DNA of 60,992 nt, counting the filler, from Malassezia furfur (taxonomy: Eukaryota): NCBI GenBank assembly GCA_052055015.1. It is 4 parts of 4 records of this genome, joined end to end, with 100 filler letters (N's around TTAATTAATTAA, not from the genome) between each part and the next. Parts side by side here need not be neighbours in the genome. Positions count along the whole stretch, not along the records: positions 1 to 15,323 come from JBQJIT010000275.1; positions 15,424 to 30,745 come from JBQJIT010000276.1; 2 more parts are not named here. One strand, given 5' to 3'. The notes below the pieces were generated by a model, which was not told the origin of the DNA, made no database searches, and saw only the letters and a program-made list of their open reading frames with translations. Each line of letters begins with the position of its first letter. The first letter of the stretch is position 1. Made by a program: the position numbers and the translations under genes. This document shows, piece by piece, positions 10,781 through 22,860 of the stretch.

Positions 10781-11054
10781 AACGAAGAGCCAACGTTGGA
10801 AGGCCTGTGCGATGCAAGCGCGCACGCCTTTTGTCTTCCAAGCTTCGCAGTGCACTTTCCCTCGGCCGAGCCAAGGGGATCTTCGGCGCAGTTCGGCGCG
10901 CTTCTATGTGCGCTGCGCGGACGTTGCCACTGGCCAGTCGTAAGGCCCTACTAGGTGCCGCCGTGGCAATTCTTCCAACGAGTTCGGCAGATTTCGCGTG
11001 GAGCGCCTGCCATAAAATCGACGTACGAGCCATTCATCCCCAGCTCTTCTTCTG
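10781..11054. promoter_or_regulatory. HSP10/HSP60 bidirectional promoter with step-type heat shock element
   Basis: 274 nt between divergent ATGs. TTC at 10973, 10983 and 10993 (TTC-N7-TTC-N7-TTC). Confidence 0.65.
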
Positions 11055-12749
11055 ATGTCGTCTATTCTGCGCGCTACTGCGAAGACGACGAGCGCTTCGC
11101 GTGCTCTTGGCACGCGTCAGCTCTCGTCGTCGGCTGCTGTGTTGAACCACAAGGAAGTCAAGTTTTCGAACGACGGCCGTGTTGCGATGCTGGCCGGCGT
11201 CAACCTTCTTGCGAACGCCGTGAGCGTTACGCTCGGCCCCAAGGGTCGCAACGTGATCATTGAGCAGCCGTTTGGTGGCCCCAAGATCACCAAGGATGGT
11301 GTGACTGTCGCGCGCTCCATCTCGCTCAAGGACAAGTTTGAGAACCTTGGCGCGCGCCTCGTCCAGGACGTGGCGAGCAAGACCAACGAGGTCGCGGGTG
11401 ACGGTACGACGACCGCCACGGTGCTGGCCCGTGCCATCTACTCGGAGGGTGTCAAGAACGTGGCCGCCGGCTGCAACCCGATGGACCTGCGCCGCGGCAG
11501 CCAGGCGGCGGTCAACGAGGTGATCGCCTTCTTGGAGAAGAACAAGCGCGAGGTGACCACCTCGGAGGAGATTGCCCAGGTGGCTACCATCTCGGCGAAC
11601 GGTGACAAGCACATCGGTACGCTGATCGCCACGGCCATGGAGAAGGTCGGCAAGGAGGGTGTGATCACCGTTAAGGAGGGCCGCACTCTCGAGGACGAGA
11701 TTGAAATCACCGAGGGCATGCGCTTCGACCGCGGCTACATCTCGCCCTACTTCATTACCGACGTCAAGACTCAGAAGGCCGAGTTCGAGAAGCCGCTTGT
11801 GCTCCTCAGCGAGAAGAAGATCTCGGCGCTGCAGGACATCCTGCCCTCGCTCGAGACCGCCGCGCAGGCCCGTCGTCCTCTGCTGATCATCGCCGAGGAC
11901 ATTGATGGCGAGGCGCTTGCCGCGTGCATTCTCAACAAGCTGCGTGGCCAGCTGCAGGTGTGCGCTGTTAAGGCTCCCGGCTTCGGTGACAACCGCAAGA
12001 ACATCCTCGGTGACTTGGCCATCCTCACGGGTGGTGCTGTGTTCACCGACGAGCTTGACATGAAGCTCGAGCGCGCCACGCCCGAGATGCTCGGTACCAC
12101 CGACAGTGTGACGATCACCAAGGAGGACACTATCTTCATGAATGGCCACGGCCAGAAGGAGGCCGTGATGGCCCGCTGCGAGCAGATTCGTGCTGCGATG
12201 AACGACCCGTCGACGTCCGAGTACGACCGCACCAAGCTCCAGGAGCGTCTCGCGAAGCTCAGCGGCGGTGTCGCGGTGATCCGCGTCGGTGGCTCTTCCG
12301 AGGTCGAGGTTGGCGAGAAGAAGGACCGCTACGACGACGCGCTCAACGCCACGCGCGCCGCCGTCGAGGAGGGCATCGTGCCCGGTGGTGGTGTCGCGTT
12401 GCTCAAGGCGAGCAAGGCGCTTGACTCGATCAAGACGGACAACTTCGACCAGCAGCTGGGTGTGTCGATCATTAAGAACGCGCTCACGCGCCCCGCCCGC
12501 CAGATCGTCGAGAACGCCGGCGAGGAGGGCTCGGTTGTGGTCGGCAAGCTGCTCGAGAACCCGGGCGAGTTCGGGTTCGGTTACGACGCGAGCGTCGGCG
12601 AGTACAAGGACCTGATCCAGGCCGGTGTCCTCGACCCGCTCAAGGTCGTGCGCACGGCGCTGCAGGACGCCTCGGGCGTGGCCTCGCTCCTGACCACGTC
12701 GGAGTGCTGCATTGTCGAGGCGCCCGAGGAGAAGCCCGCGGCCCCGCCG

Positions 12750-12791
<42 letters not shown>

Positions 12792-12797
12792 TTCTAA
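11055..12797 (+). CDS. HSP60: Mitochondrial chaperonin Hsp60
   Basis: Presequence, [21 protein letters not shown]-terminal GGM repeats. Confidence 0.99.
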
Positions 12798-12968
12798 GCG
12801 CACGCGCCCGTGCACCTTGGATAGGTTACACTGGCCGCGCTGGGCGGCTGGTGCCATAGACGTCCCACAAAAGCGATATACCGGATTAGCGTTACACGCA
12901 CGCGTACACCGTGAAATAAGACGCGCGCGTGGCTGCTCTATGAATGTGGGGCTAATGTACAGTCCACC

Positions 12969-14310
12969 TTATGCCTCGCGAGCAAGCGAGTGGATACGCA
13001 TGACGAGTTGCAGCGCCTCCTGCACGTCGTGGAATTCTTGCTCGTTAACCACGTCGGGCAGACGAGCCGTGTTGGAAGTCGGACCAAACGGCGAGGGAAT
13101 GAGCTTCTTCAGGTACTCGTACGTGACCAGCGTCGCACCAAACTGGGGCGACGACCGGAGCACACGCGCAAGCGAGCCCTTGAAGAACGCCGCGGGGCCC
13201 TCCTTGGCAAGGATCTGGACAAAGCAGTCGCTGATGCCCTTGTAGCCCTGGCCCTTGCGCGCCTCCACCTGGAGACGCGTCTTGATCACATCGGCGGGCG
13301 TCGTGAGGAATGCGGCGGGGATGCCGGCAATCGACGCAGCCATGGTGAGCTGGCCAAAGCCCAGCTTCTTGTCCGGCGACGTCTGGCCGAACAAGTCCGA
13401 CTTGAGGTGCGCGTAGAAAGGGAAGTAGATGGCACTGAAGGGAATGTCGCGCAGCAGACACGCCGTGGCGCCCTTGTACAGACCGAGCAGACCGAGCTGC
13501 CGGATAATCTGCACGGCACCGTGGCGCACACGGTTGGGGTCGTTCACCGCCTCACCCTGCATTTGCAGGCGAATCTTGATGATCTCAAGCGGGTTGGTGA
13601 ACACCACCTGGGAGCCACCGGCGACGGCGCCGGCGAGCAGCTCCGCCGGAACCGGCACGTGACCGAGCTCGTCCTGGCTCAGGTTGCGCACCAGGTCGTT
13701 CATGGTGAGCTTAATCGCCTTTTCCGGCGCCACACCGAGCAGCTGGGGCACCAGGCCCGAGTAGAAGCCGAGGAAGCCTTCCTTCTGGAAGACCTTTTTC
13801 GCGCAGTCCAGACTGTTGCGGTACAACAGGGCCTCGCCGACCACGTTGGAGCGCTGGTTCTGCATGCGCGTTTTCACAAGGTCGATCGGGTAAACGAGCG
13901 TCGCACCAACGGAACCGGCGATACCACCCAGTACAAAGTTGTACACCGACTCGCCGAGATTGCGCAGCGTCGAAGTGGTGCTGCTCACATCCGCGGGTGC
14001 GAGCTTTTGTGTCTGCGGCTTGGCCGAGATCACCTTGCCCGTGTCGCGGATCGTGACGGAGTGGCAATCCTTATCGCCAAGCACCCAGTTGCTTTTGGAG
14101 TAGGACACGACGCCGTCCTTGCGTGCGGCGATCGCCTCGAGTTCCTGGAGGCGCTTCAGCAAGGCGCCTGTGGGGTGACTGGGCGTATAGATCTGGGTCA
14201 GTACGCTGTGCGCCACCTACCTGTACATCAATCTTGGTTGCGCCGTGCTTTGGGTCGGTTGACCCGGCGGCCGCCAGCGGCAATGCCTCACAGAGGACAG
14301 GGGAGAACAT
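12969..14310 (-). CDS. AGC1: Mitochondrial aspartate/glutamate carrier (short form), 2 exons
   Basis: [35 protein letters not shown]-like [24 protein letters not shown]. 28-nt intron 14220-14193. Confidence 0.9.
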
Positions 14311-14498
14311 GGTCGTAGTGCACACGCCGATCGTAGTTTGCTGCGGCGAAGACGCCGTGGAAAGAAGGTTGCCACAATAATTACAAAATTACACAAGGGC
14401 CACGCGTGCCCTGCAGGAAAAGTGCAGCGCTAGCGCCAACGGCTGCCCTTGGTCCGGCGCGGTTGCAGCACGCTCGGCGACGCCCGGCGCGGCGGCGG

Positions 14499-15323
14499 TC
14501 ACGACTTCTCCGCACGTCCCAGGCGCTGGCGCGAGACGGTGCGCGGGCGCGGTGCGTTTTCCTGGTCCTGGTCGGGCGTTTTCTGAGCGATGCGTTCCAC
14601 GAGCGACGTCCCGTCGCGGAAACGCGCGCGGAACACGACGCTGGCGTTGTTAAATAGGCCCTCTTTGAGCGAGACCACAATGAACTGCGAGCCCTTGAAC
14701 CGCGTGCGGAACAGGTGGCCGATGTGCTGCGTGTGCGATAGGTCGAGCGCGGCGTCGATCTCGTCGAGGATGTACATCGGTGCCGGCTTGAACTGCAGCA
14801 GCGACATGATGAGGCTCAGCGCGATGAGCGAGCGCTGCCCGCCGCTGAGCTCGGTCAAGCTCTGCTTCCAGGTGGCGCCGAGGCGCACGCGCACTTCGAG
14901 GCCGTGCGTGATGTCCTTGCCCTCGGGTGGCTGCAGCTTGGCGTAGTTGCCCGGGAGCAGCTCGGCAAAGATGTCGCCAAAGGCCGCGTTGACCTGGGTG
15001 AACGTAGCCTGCAGCGCATCCTGCTTGTACCGGTCGAGCTCGTGGATGGTGTTTTCAATCTTGCTCTTGTCGCCGAGCACGGTGGTGAGCATGTGCTGCA
15101 AGCTGTTCTCCTTCTTCTCGACGTTGTCGATCATGTTCATCACGCGCGGGTTCACGCGCCGGCGCAGGCCGCTCTGCTGCTCGGCGAGCCGTGCACAGGT
15201 CTGCGCGACCGACGCCATGTCGTGCTTGGCAAACTCGTACGCACCGCCCGCCTCGCCAAAGTGCGGATGCTCCGTGGCGATCCACGTGTGCTCCTGCTCG
15301 AGCGCGTCGAGGGCGCGGCGCAG
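14499..15323 (-). CDS. SMC2: Condensin subunit Smc2, C-terminal head (5' lost at contig break)
   Basis: WKQSLTELSGGQRSL, FKPAPMYILDEIDAALDLSHTQHIG, SQFIVVSLKEG. Confidence 0.96.
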   Translation of the reverse strand: MRRALDALEQEHTWIATEHPHFGEAGGAYEFAKHDMASVAQTCARLAEQQSGLRRRVNPRVMNMIDNVEKKENSLQHMLTTVLGDKSKIENTIHELDRYKQDALQATFTQVNAAFGDIFAELLPGNYAKLQPPEGKDITHGLEVRVRLGATWKQSLTELSGGQRSLIALSLIMSLLQFKPAPMYILDEIDAALDLSHTQHIGHLFRTRFKGSQFIVVSLKEGLFNNASVVFRARFRDGTSLVERIAQKTPDQDQENAPRPRTVSRQRLGRAEKS

Positions 15324-15423
15324 NNNNNNNNNNNNNNNNNNNNNNNNNNNNNNNNNNNNNNNNNNNNTTAATTAATTAANNNNNNNNNNNNNNNNNNNNN
15401 NNNNNNNNNNNNNNNNNNNNNNN
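15324..15423. other. Artificial contig linker
   Basis: N44 + TTAATTAATTAA (stops in all six frames) + N44. Confidence 0.98.
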
Positions 15424-18400
15424 TCCAGCGGCGCAGCTGGGCGCAGCTCGCGGTGCGCATCCCCCCCGGCGGCGCGCGCCCTCAGCCCACGCTCACGCAC
15501 GCGCCCGGCGTGCCGCTGCTGAGCGGCGTGCGCGTCCAAGCGGCGCCGACGCTGCGCAAGGTCACCAATGCGTTCTATGCGAGCGGCGTGTTTTTCGAAA
15601 CGCTCAGTGCGCCCGAAACCGGCCCGCAGCTGTACGGCATCTCGACCGGCACGCCGACGTCGTACACGGGCGCGGCGAGCGCCGTGAGCGCCTGGCAGGA
15701 AAGTGCGACGCTCCTGCCGCTCGGTCCGGGCGGCAGTCCGCCGGTGATTGCCGAGGTCGATGCGCGTGTCGCGCGCCGGCAGAACAGCGAGGTGAATGGC
15801 GCGACGACGCGGCCGTGCGCCGCGGAGAACATGAGCCTGCCGCGCGTCTTCCTCGTGCTCGACTCCAATGGCCTGACGGAAGTCGTGGAGCGGCGCCCGG
15901 CCGACATTCTCGCGAGCCTGTTGGCCGGCAGCTTGGGCGGCGCGCACGGCAACGGCGTCGCGTCCGCCGCGCCGCCGATCCTCGACTTCTTCAACCGGTA
16001 CGGTTCGATCGAGGCGTCCATGACCGCGCTGGCACTTGCGGCGCGCAACACGCACCTCACGACGCTGCCCGCGCACCTCGGCACGCTCGACGTGCGCACC
16101 ATCTCGGACGAGGTGCAGGCGCATGCGATCCGTGTCTTCTTCGGCCCGCTCGGGTCGTGGCCCGCCGACTCGCGCATGCCGACGACGCTCGTGTCGTCCA
16201 AGTCGTCGCGCTTCGAGGCGCTCGCGTGCTACCTCGCGACGCTCGTGCGCCGCGTCTGGACACAGCGTCTCGTCCCGGACGCGTGGCTCGACGCGAAAAA
16301 GGCCAAGGGCACGCCGGCGCCCAATCCGCTCCTCCAGCACGGCGAGCTGCAGGCGGCGCTGCGCGAGCTTGGACCGCTGTGTGCGTTCATGCAGCGCCAC
16401 TCGCAGCTGTTTGAGCTGGGCGCCGCCAGCGAGCCGCACGCGGCGCCTGCCGCGCCAGGTGGGGCGCCGCCGCAGGCGAGCGAGCGCGACGACCTACTTC
16501 GTCTGCAGGCGCTGGCGCAGCGCACGCGTGAGGCGTGCCACTTTGTGCTTTTCCTTGCGGACCACGGCCTGCCGGCGATCGTGCAGAGCGTCTCGGGCGA
16601 GACGCGCGCCAAGCTTGCGACGCTGCGCTTTGGCGACCTCGTCGCGACGTCCGACGGGAGCGCCGTCGCCAACGAGCTCGTCAATGCGCTCATCGAGGAG
16701 CAGAGTGGCGCGCGCGCAAGCGTCGATGCGATCGCCGATGCGCTGCAGGAGCGCTGTGCGTCGTTCTGCAGCGCGGACGACGTGCGGCGCTACAAGGCAT
16801 CCGAGGCGCTGCGCAACGCCGTCGAGACGCACGCGCTGCTCGCCGCCGACGACCACGCAAGTGCTGCGGCGAGTGAGCGGCGCGCGCGCATCGACGACGA
16901 CCTGCAGACGAGCCTGCGCCTGCTCGTCGCGAGCGCCGCACAACTCCCGCTCGAGAAGCTGCAGCAGATCTGCGCGACCTACCACGAGCTACACTTTTCG
17001 CGCGGTGTCATCACGCTTGCGCTTGCTGCCGCCCGCGCAAGCGACGTGGCCAACATCGCGCTCGCCTACCGTGCGGATGGGTGTCCCGAGGAGGCGTCGC
17101 ACCGCCGCACCGTGTACCAGCAGCGCCGCGCGATGTATGCACTCGTGCTCGACACGCTCGGCGCGCTCGACACGCAGCTCGATACCGCGAGCAACGCGCT
17201 GGTCGGCAGCAAGGATGCCGCGGCGCACACGCGCGCCGCCGACGCGGAAAAGGAGCGCCGCGACGCATACGCGCTCGCGACGCAGTCCGACGACCCGCTC
17301 TTCCACGAGGAGCTCTACACCTGGTTCCTCGCGCACGGGCGCACGGGCCAGCTGCTCGAGCTCCACACGCCCTTCCTGGAGGAGTTCTTGCAGGGCGTGC
17401 CGGTGCTGCTGAACGGCGAGTCGTACGCGACTTACGTGCGCGGGCTGCGCGACCTGCTCTGGCAGCTGCATGTGCGCCGCGGCGACTTCTTTGCCGCGGC
17501 CCAGACGCTCGATGAGCTTGCACATGCCGACGCCTTTGCGCTCAAGCTGAGCGAGCGCATCGAGTACCTCGCGCTAGCCGTGGGCAACGCCAAGTCGGTG
17601 CGTCCGTCGATGCAGATGCACGCGCAGGAGGTCATTGGGTTCGCCACACAGCTCGACGAGGACTTGGAGGTGGCGCAGGTCCAGGCCAAGATCCTCGGCG
17701 CGCTCCAACCACTCGACACGCTCGACTGGGACGAGGAGGAAAAGGCACGTTACACCGCGGTGCTCGCCGCGCTCGACTCGGAGCTGCTCGATATCACCGC
17801 CCTGTACAAGGAGGCGGCCCAGCCGTTTGGGCTGCTCGAGCAGCAGCTGCTCATCCTTGCTACGGCGCAGTACCAGGATATGGAGCTGGTCGCCGACCTC
17901 TGGGATGCGCTGCTCATTCGCGAACACAATGCCAGTGACGCCGAGCACGCGCACCAGGCCGTTGCCGCGATGGTCACGGACGTGTACGCGAGCCTCGGCA
18001 GCTCCGACATTGCGTGCCCGGTCGACATTGTACTCCCGCGTCTGGAGCAGTACGCACTCGACACGCTCAGTGCGGTCGAGGGTGATCCGATGACCGCGTC
18101 GCCCTTCCGCTGGACGGGCTTTGCGTCGCTCAGCGCGTCGCCCATCGAGGTCGGCTGGGCGCCGGTCGTGCTTCTCCAGGCGGGCGCCTCGCCCGAGGCC
18201 ATCTTTGACGTGCTCCAGGCGCTGATCCGCACCGCACCCCCGCCGTGGAACACGACGCGCGGGTTCGGCTTCTTGCTCCCCGACGCCGCGGCGTACCTCG
18301 CCCAGTGGCTCGACGCCGCGCTGAAGGAGACCAACGCGATGCCCTATTTCCCCGCCCACCGTGTCGACGAAGCGGCGAACGACTACATCTTGCAGCTCAA

Positions 18401-18491
18401 CACGCGCAAGTTCCTCCGCGCCGACGACGCGCTCGACAAGCGCGTGGACCAGCTGCGCGCCGTCGTGCAGCGCCTGCAGCGCGCGTTTTAG
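15424..18491 (+). CDS. NUP170: Nucleoporin Nup170/Nup155 (5' truncated)
   Basis: VERRPADIL, FFNRYG..EA, LQERCASFCSADDV..KA.E, SDDPLFHEELYTW, LSERIEYLALAVGNAKS, LEVAQVQ. Confidence 0.92.
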
Positions 18492-18530
18492 TGTTTCATA
18501 GCCGCCCGATCATCGGGCCAAGGTCGCCTC

Positions 18531-19376
18531 ATGCGCCGACGAGCCGTGGTGAGCTACGAAGACCTGCCGCACGACACCGCGGCGCTGCACCACGCCGCCG
18601 TTGAGGCGGGTACCGCGGTGCCGGTGTCGAAAAAGCGCCGGAAGCACGAGCAGGAACAGCGGTACCACGGGCCGCACTGGGACGACGTGTCGCACACCAC
18701 CGCCAAATCGGCGCCGGCATGGTCGCACGCGCACGACGACGACGATGCCGACCAAGATGCATCACACACCGCGTACGACTCGGACGATGCCATTGTCGCA
18801 TCGCCCACGCATGAAGAAGCGTTCCTCGAGGACATTGAGCTGCCAAGCGGCAATGCACTAGCGTCGCAGGAAATTTGGGACGACCAATTCCTGCTCGACG
18901 CTTGGAACGCGGCCGAGGAAGAGTACGCCGTGTTCCATCAGCAGCGCAGTGAGGCCATTGATGCGTTCCTCGCGCAGAACAAACAGGCGCGTTGGTACTC
19001 GCTGCCGACCGCCGCCGTGCAGGACGCGGCGGCACAGGCCGAGCGCGACGACCACGCCGCCGCCGGCGCAACCGACGATGCGCCCCCACCTGCCTCTACA
19101 CCTGCCTCTGCACCCGATACCCCACCCGGTGCGACGCGCGGCTGGCTCGAAGCCCAGCGCATCGTCGCAGCGACGCCGAACCAAATCAACGGAGCGCCGG
19201 CGGCCCGTGCACAGACCGACGCCGCACCGCCGCACCCGGCTGCGCTCCCCTCGCTCGCGCTTCCAGCCGGCATGCCTGCGAGCGAGACGTTGCAGAACCT
19301 CATGATGGCATGGTACTATACAGGCTACTATTCCGCCCTGTATCAGAGGGAGCAGGACCCAGATTCACTGTCGTGA
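18531..19376 (+). CDS. SMN1: Survival motor neuron (SMN)-like protein
   Basis: Gemin2-binding motif IWDDQFLLDAWNAAEEEY and YG-box LMMAWYYTGYYSALY. No Tudor domain. Confidence 0.88.
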   Translation: MRRRAVVSYEDLPHDTAALHHAAVEAGTAVPVSKKRRKHEQEQRYHGPHWDDVSHTTAKSAPAWSHAHDDDDADQDASHTAYDSDDAIVASPTHEEAFLEDIELPSGNALASQEIWDDQFLLDAWNAAEEEYAVFHQQRSEAIDAFLAQNKQARWYSLPTAAVQDAAAQAERDDHAAAGATDDAPPPASTPASAPDTPPGATRGWLEAQRIVAATPNQINGAPAARAQTDAAPPHPAALPSLALPAGMPASETLQNLMMAWYYTGYYSALYQREQDPDSLS

Positions 19377-20459
19377 GCTTCGTAGCAGACATACCACATG
19401 CTTGGCGTTCATGAGCCACATGACCGTTTCAAATGCGAGCAATGCACCGGCATTGGTGGGGAACGCGCGCAGCGCACACGTCAGGTAGCCGGTATAGATG
19501 CGCCGAATGCGCCAGGGCAGGCCCAGCACGCCCTGCTCGCGCATGGGTTGGCGCGGTGGTGTCCAGAGGTCGCGCGCTGCCGCGAGCATCCCGCCAAACC
19601 CAGGGTAGCGCGGATGCTGCAGCGAGTCGGCCATCAGCCGGTTCTTGACAACGTCGGCGGGGTACGCCACGAACCAGAACACCTCGGCTGCCAGACCACC
19701 CGAGAAGAAAGTAACGCTCGCAGGTGTCAGCGCCCACGCATACCACGACGAGGCACCAGGGCGCAGCGGCTCGGCCCATTCGCTGAGCTTACGCTGGAAA
19801 TACTGATACGACCCAAACATCGGGCCGAAACTCGAGCGGAAAATGAGCGTCGCAGGCAGCGCATGCCATAGGCCCAGGATCCCTGACTGGCGCACGATCT
19901 GACGCGCACAGTCCAGCGTGCCCGCAAATTCGGGACGCGCTTCGACGACGCCGTTCGTGTGTCGCAGTGTCACACGCTGCTTTTGCATCTGGAGCTTGGT
20001 CTTGAGCAATTCCACGGGCGTCGTTGCCAGTGAGTTTGTCCACCCTGCACCCATTCCGGCAAGCACTTGGTAGCCCACTGGCAGCTGGTTGTCGCCCTTG
20101 CCAGGCTCGCGGTGCAAGATGTACCGCGAAATGTACGACCGATATGTGTGCAGGGAGCCCAGCAAAATCGAGTCGGTGAACATCCACCCAAGTGCGGGGG
20201 GTACGCACCCCTTGTAGACGCCCAGGGCGCCCTCAGAGCGCACGATGGACCGCACACAGTCCAGCATGCCCGCATACGTGCCAGGCGGCGAACATTGCAG
20301 ACGGATCTTGACCGTATCCTGTTGTCAGCTCGCCACTGGATTCGCACGTACAAAGGGGTGCCCAATGGCCAGCTTTGTCAGGCCCGAGGCCACACCGCTC
20401 ATGAAACCTTTGGCACGTTCGAGCAGTTCATTGTGCTCATCCCCGCTCGGACGCGCCAT
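19365..20459 (-). CDS. Mitochondrial carrier (Ymc1/ornithine-carnitine-like)
   Basis: GHPF|DTVKIRLQ across 33-nt intron 20351-20319, PVELLKTKLQ, YPADVVKNR, LRAFPTNA. Probable terminal 27-nt intron 19394-19368. Confidence 0.9.
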
Positions 20460-20850
20460 GGAGCCAAAAGGTACAGCTGGATGGCCAATCACGTGGAGGG
20501 CATTCGGATTCGCTCCCCCGCATCGACCGCCGACGGTGCCAGAGGGAGACGGTCTGATAACAGGCCTTCATAAGTAGGACCAGGATAGTTAGCAGAGGCG
20601 TTCATAAAGAATTCGGTTTTGGTTGGATAGGTGACGAAGAGCGCGGTGAGCGTAGCGATGCTCCGAGATGCCAGCGCGGTATAAAGCTTGTCGGCGTGCC
20701 CAGTCTTTGTGACGCCGGTGTGCAGAAGCATTCACCAACGCACGTTGCGATAGGGCTACACCTACAGCATAGCCTTTCCTCGTCGACGGCGGCAGCGTCC
20801 GGACTTCGTTCCCCCACACGCGGCACTGACCTCCACCCACTGACACCACC

Positions 20851-21975
20851 ATGGAAGAGCGCCGCACAGGCCAGGCGCCCAAGCTGTCATTGGGCACGCC
20901 GTTTCGGCGGAGCGCACAGGTGCCGAATGCAGAAGTTTCCAAAGAAGGTGCCGTTCGTGCGACGGATTCAGATGCGCTGCTTTCGCGCGTGTCTGCCGTC
21001 AAGCTAGGATACGTTCCGCCAGACGCCTATGCCCCCTTGTTTGCGTCGACCAAAGAGCCGCTGCCCCGACGGCCGTTGCTAATCAATATTGGCACAGCCC
21101 TACGAAGCGGTGGGGTGGACAAACGTGTCGATGCATTTTTGAACTGCGGTTCATTGCGACTGCCGTGTCGGAATGCCGACGTCGACCGCGTCCAAATCGT
21201 GAGCCTTGGCGCAGGGAGCGATACGCGATTCTGGCGGTTGCACGAAGCAGGGGTAGGTGACTGAAACTAACACCAGGAAACCGGCTTTTCGCATCTGCAC
21301 CGCTATGTTGAGGTCGATTATCCGCAGATCGCAGCGCACAAGAGTGCTCGGATCCGCGCCGAGCCGGTGCTGCAAAGCGCACTGGGGCCCCTCCAAGAAT
21401 CGGACTCGGACGAGATTCACACCAAAAAGTATGTGCTGCTCGCCGAAGATCTGTGCGCCTATGGAGACGAGGCACGGGAGGGGCATCTTGCGCGCTTGCT
21501 CGCCCAACTGGACACGACGTTGCCGACGTTGTTCTTGTGGGAGTGTGTGCTGGCATACTTGGACCCAACGACGGCGAACCGCTTGATGGAGCGCATCTTT
21601 TCCCAGGTTCCTAATGCTTCCGTTCTCTGCTATGACATGTGCGTCGGCGGCGACCATGCCGAGCTGCACGCGCCGCCTGACCGGTTCGGCCGTGTCATGC
21701 TACAGAATCTTGCGGCGCGGCGTTTGGAGCTCGTTGGGGCGCGCAAATATACGACGCCTGAGTCGCACGCAAAACGGTTCCAGGCGTTGCTGGAACTGAC
21801 GCGGCCAGGAAGCCAAGTCCACAGCGGTGCGTACTCACTGCGATATGCATGGCAGACACTCGACCCCCACGACCGGCAACGCCTGTCGCGACTCGAGGGA
21901 CTGGATGAAATGGAGGAGCTCGAGATGCTTTTGGGGCACTACTGCATGAGCTGGGCGGAGCGTCACAGCAGCTAA
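20851..21975 (+). CDS. PPM1: Leucine carboxyl methyltransferase 1, 2 exons
   Basis: VRATDSDA..SAVKLGY, PLINIGT, QIVSLGAGSDTRFWRL, ECVLAY, LDEMEE..LLGHYC. 24-nt intron 21253-21276. Confidence 0.93.
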
Positions 21976-22785
21976 TCGGTATCATGGGACGCCTCGGTTG
22001 TGCCTGAACCGCGCCCACGCTTCTTGCGCCGCCGTGACGTCTGCTGTGCGGTAGTATGGGCGGATGCCGGCGGCTCTGCAGGCGCGGACTCCTTTTTCTC
22101 GCTCTTGGGCTTCTTGACGCTGAGCGGATTCGGCGCCTTGGGCCGCTTGCGCTTGATGGGCTGCGGCGCAGGCTCGGGTGCCTCGGCTTCCGTGTCCTGC
22201 GCAAGCAGCTTGCGCTCGATGGATGAGATGGCCGACTTGTTCGTCTCCATGTTCGCAATGTAGTGTTCGGTGACGTCGCTCATCGGCTCGAGCACAAGCA
22301 CGCTCTGGGAATAATGCACGATGGGCAGACCGGGGACCACACGTCGAAGCGCGCGACGCAGGGGTGGCTCATTTGCTGCGAGCATGTAGCGGTGCTTGTT
22401 GGTGGGTCCAATGACCTGTTCCAGGCACGCGAGCGGTGCTAACGGTTCGCGGTGGTTGCACTTGCGGCGCTCCCACTGCTTCGCGAGCGCAATAGCCTGG
22501 CTCGCACGCATCTTATCTTCCGGTGCGGCCTCCTTTTCGGCATTGTAGAGCGCAACCATGCAGCACTGGGTGATCATCGGCTTGACTTTAGCGACGCAGA
22601 GCACATTGCCGAGCTGGTGGAGGGGCTCGTGCACCTTGTATTGAATGAGCGACTCGGCGAACGAGTTGTCGACTGGGTCAGCATGCGTTAAACCTACTCA
22701 ATACCTGGAACGGCTCGCGGAAATGAAAGTGCAGCACATACTGGTGCACCAGCCGCTTGTACGATTTCGCGCGCTTCTGGCGCAT
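21972..22785 (-). CDS. UTP23: rRNA-processing PIN protein Utp23, 2 exons
   Basis: MRQKRAKSYKR..FREPFQVL|IDN, KPMITQCC, ERRKCNH, KAPNPLSVKKPK. 25-nt intron 22697-22673. Confidence 0.95.
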
Positions 22786-22860
22786 GGTGGCAGAACGCGC
22801 CCCCCACGTTTTGTCACGTGGACAACAAACCACGCCATTGCGCGCGTCCCCTACACTTCC

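Noticed and set aside
12750..12790. (ATGGGCGGC)n tandem repeat
   Set aside because: It encodes the standard GGM tail of Hsp60.
11034..12857. Long antisense ORFs over HSP60, TOM70 (2920-5079), ERG1, PRP8 (30979-33639), ILV2 and TFIP11
   Set aside because: These are shadow ORFs expected from high-GC codon bias, with no recognisable motifs. Only the SUMO end of 2920-5079 is real.
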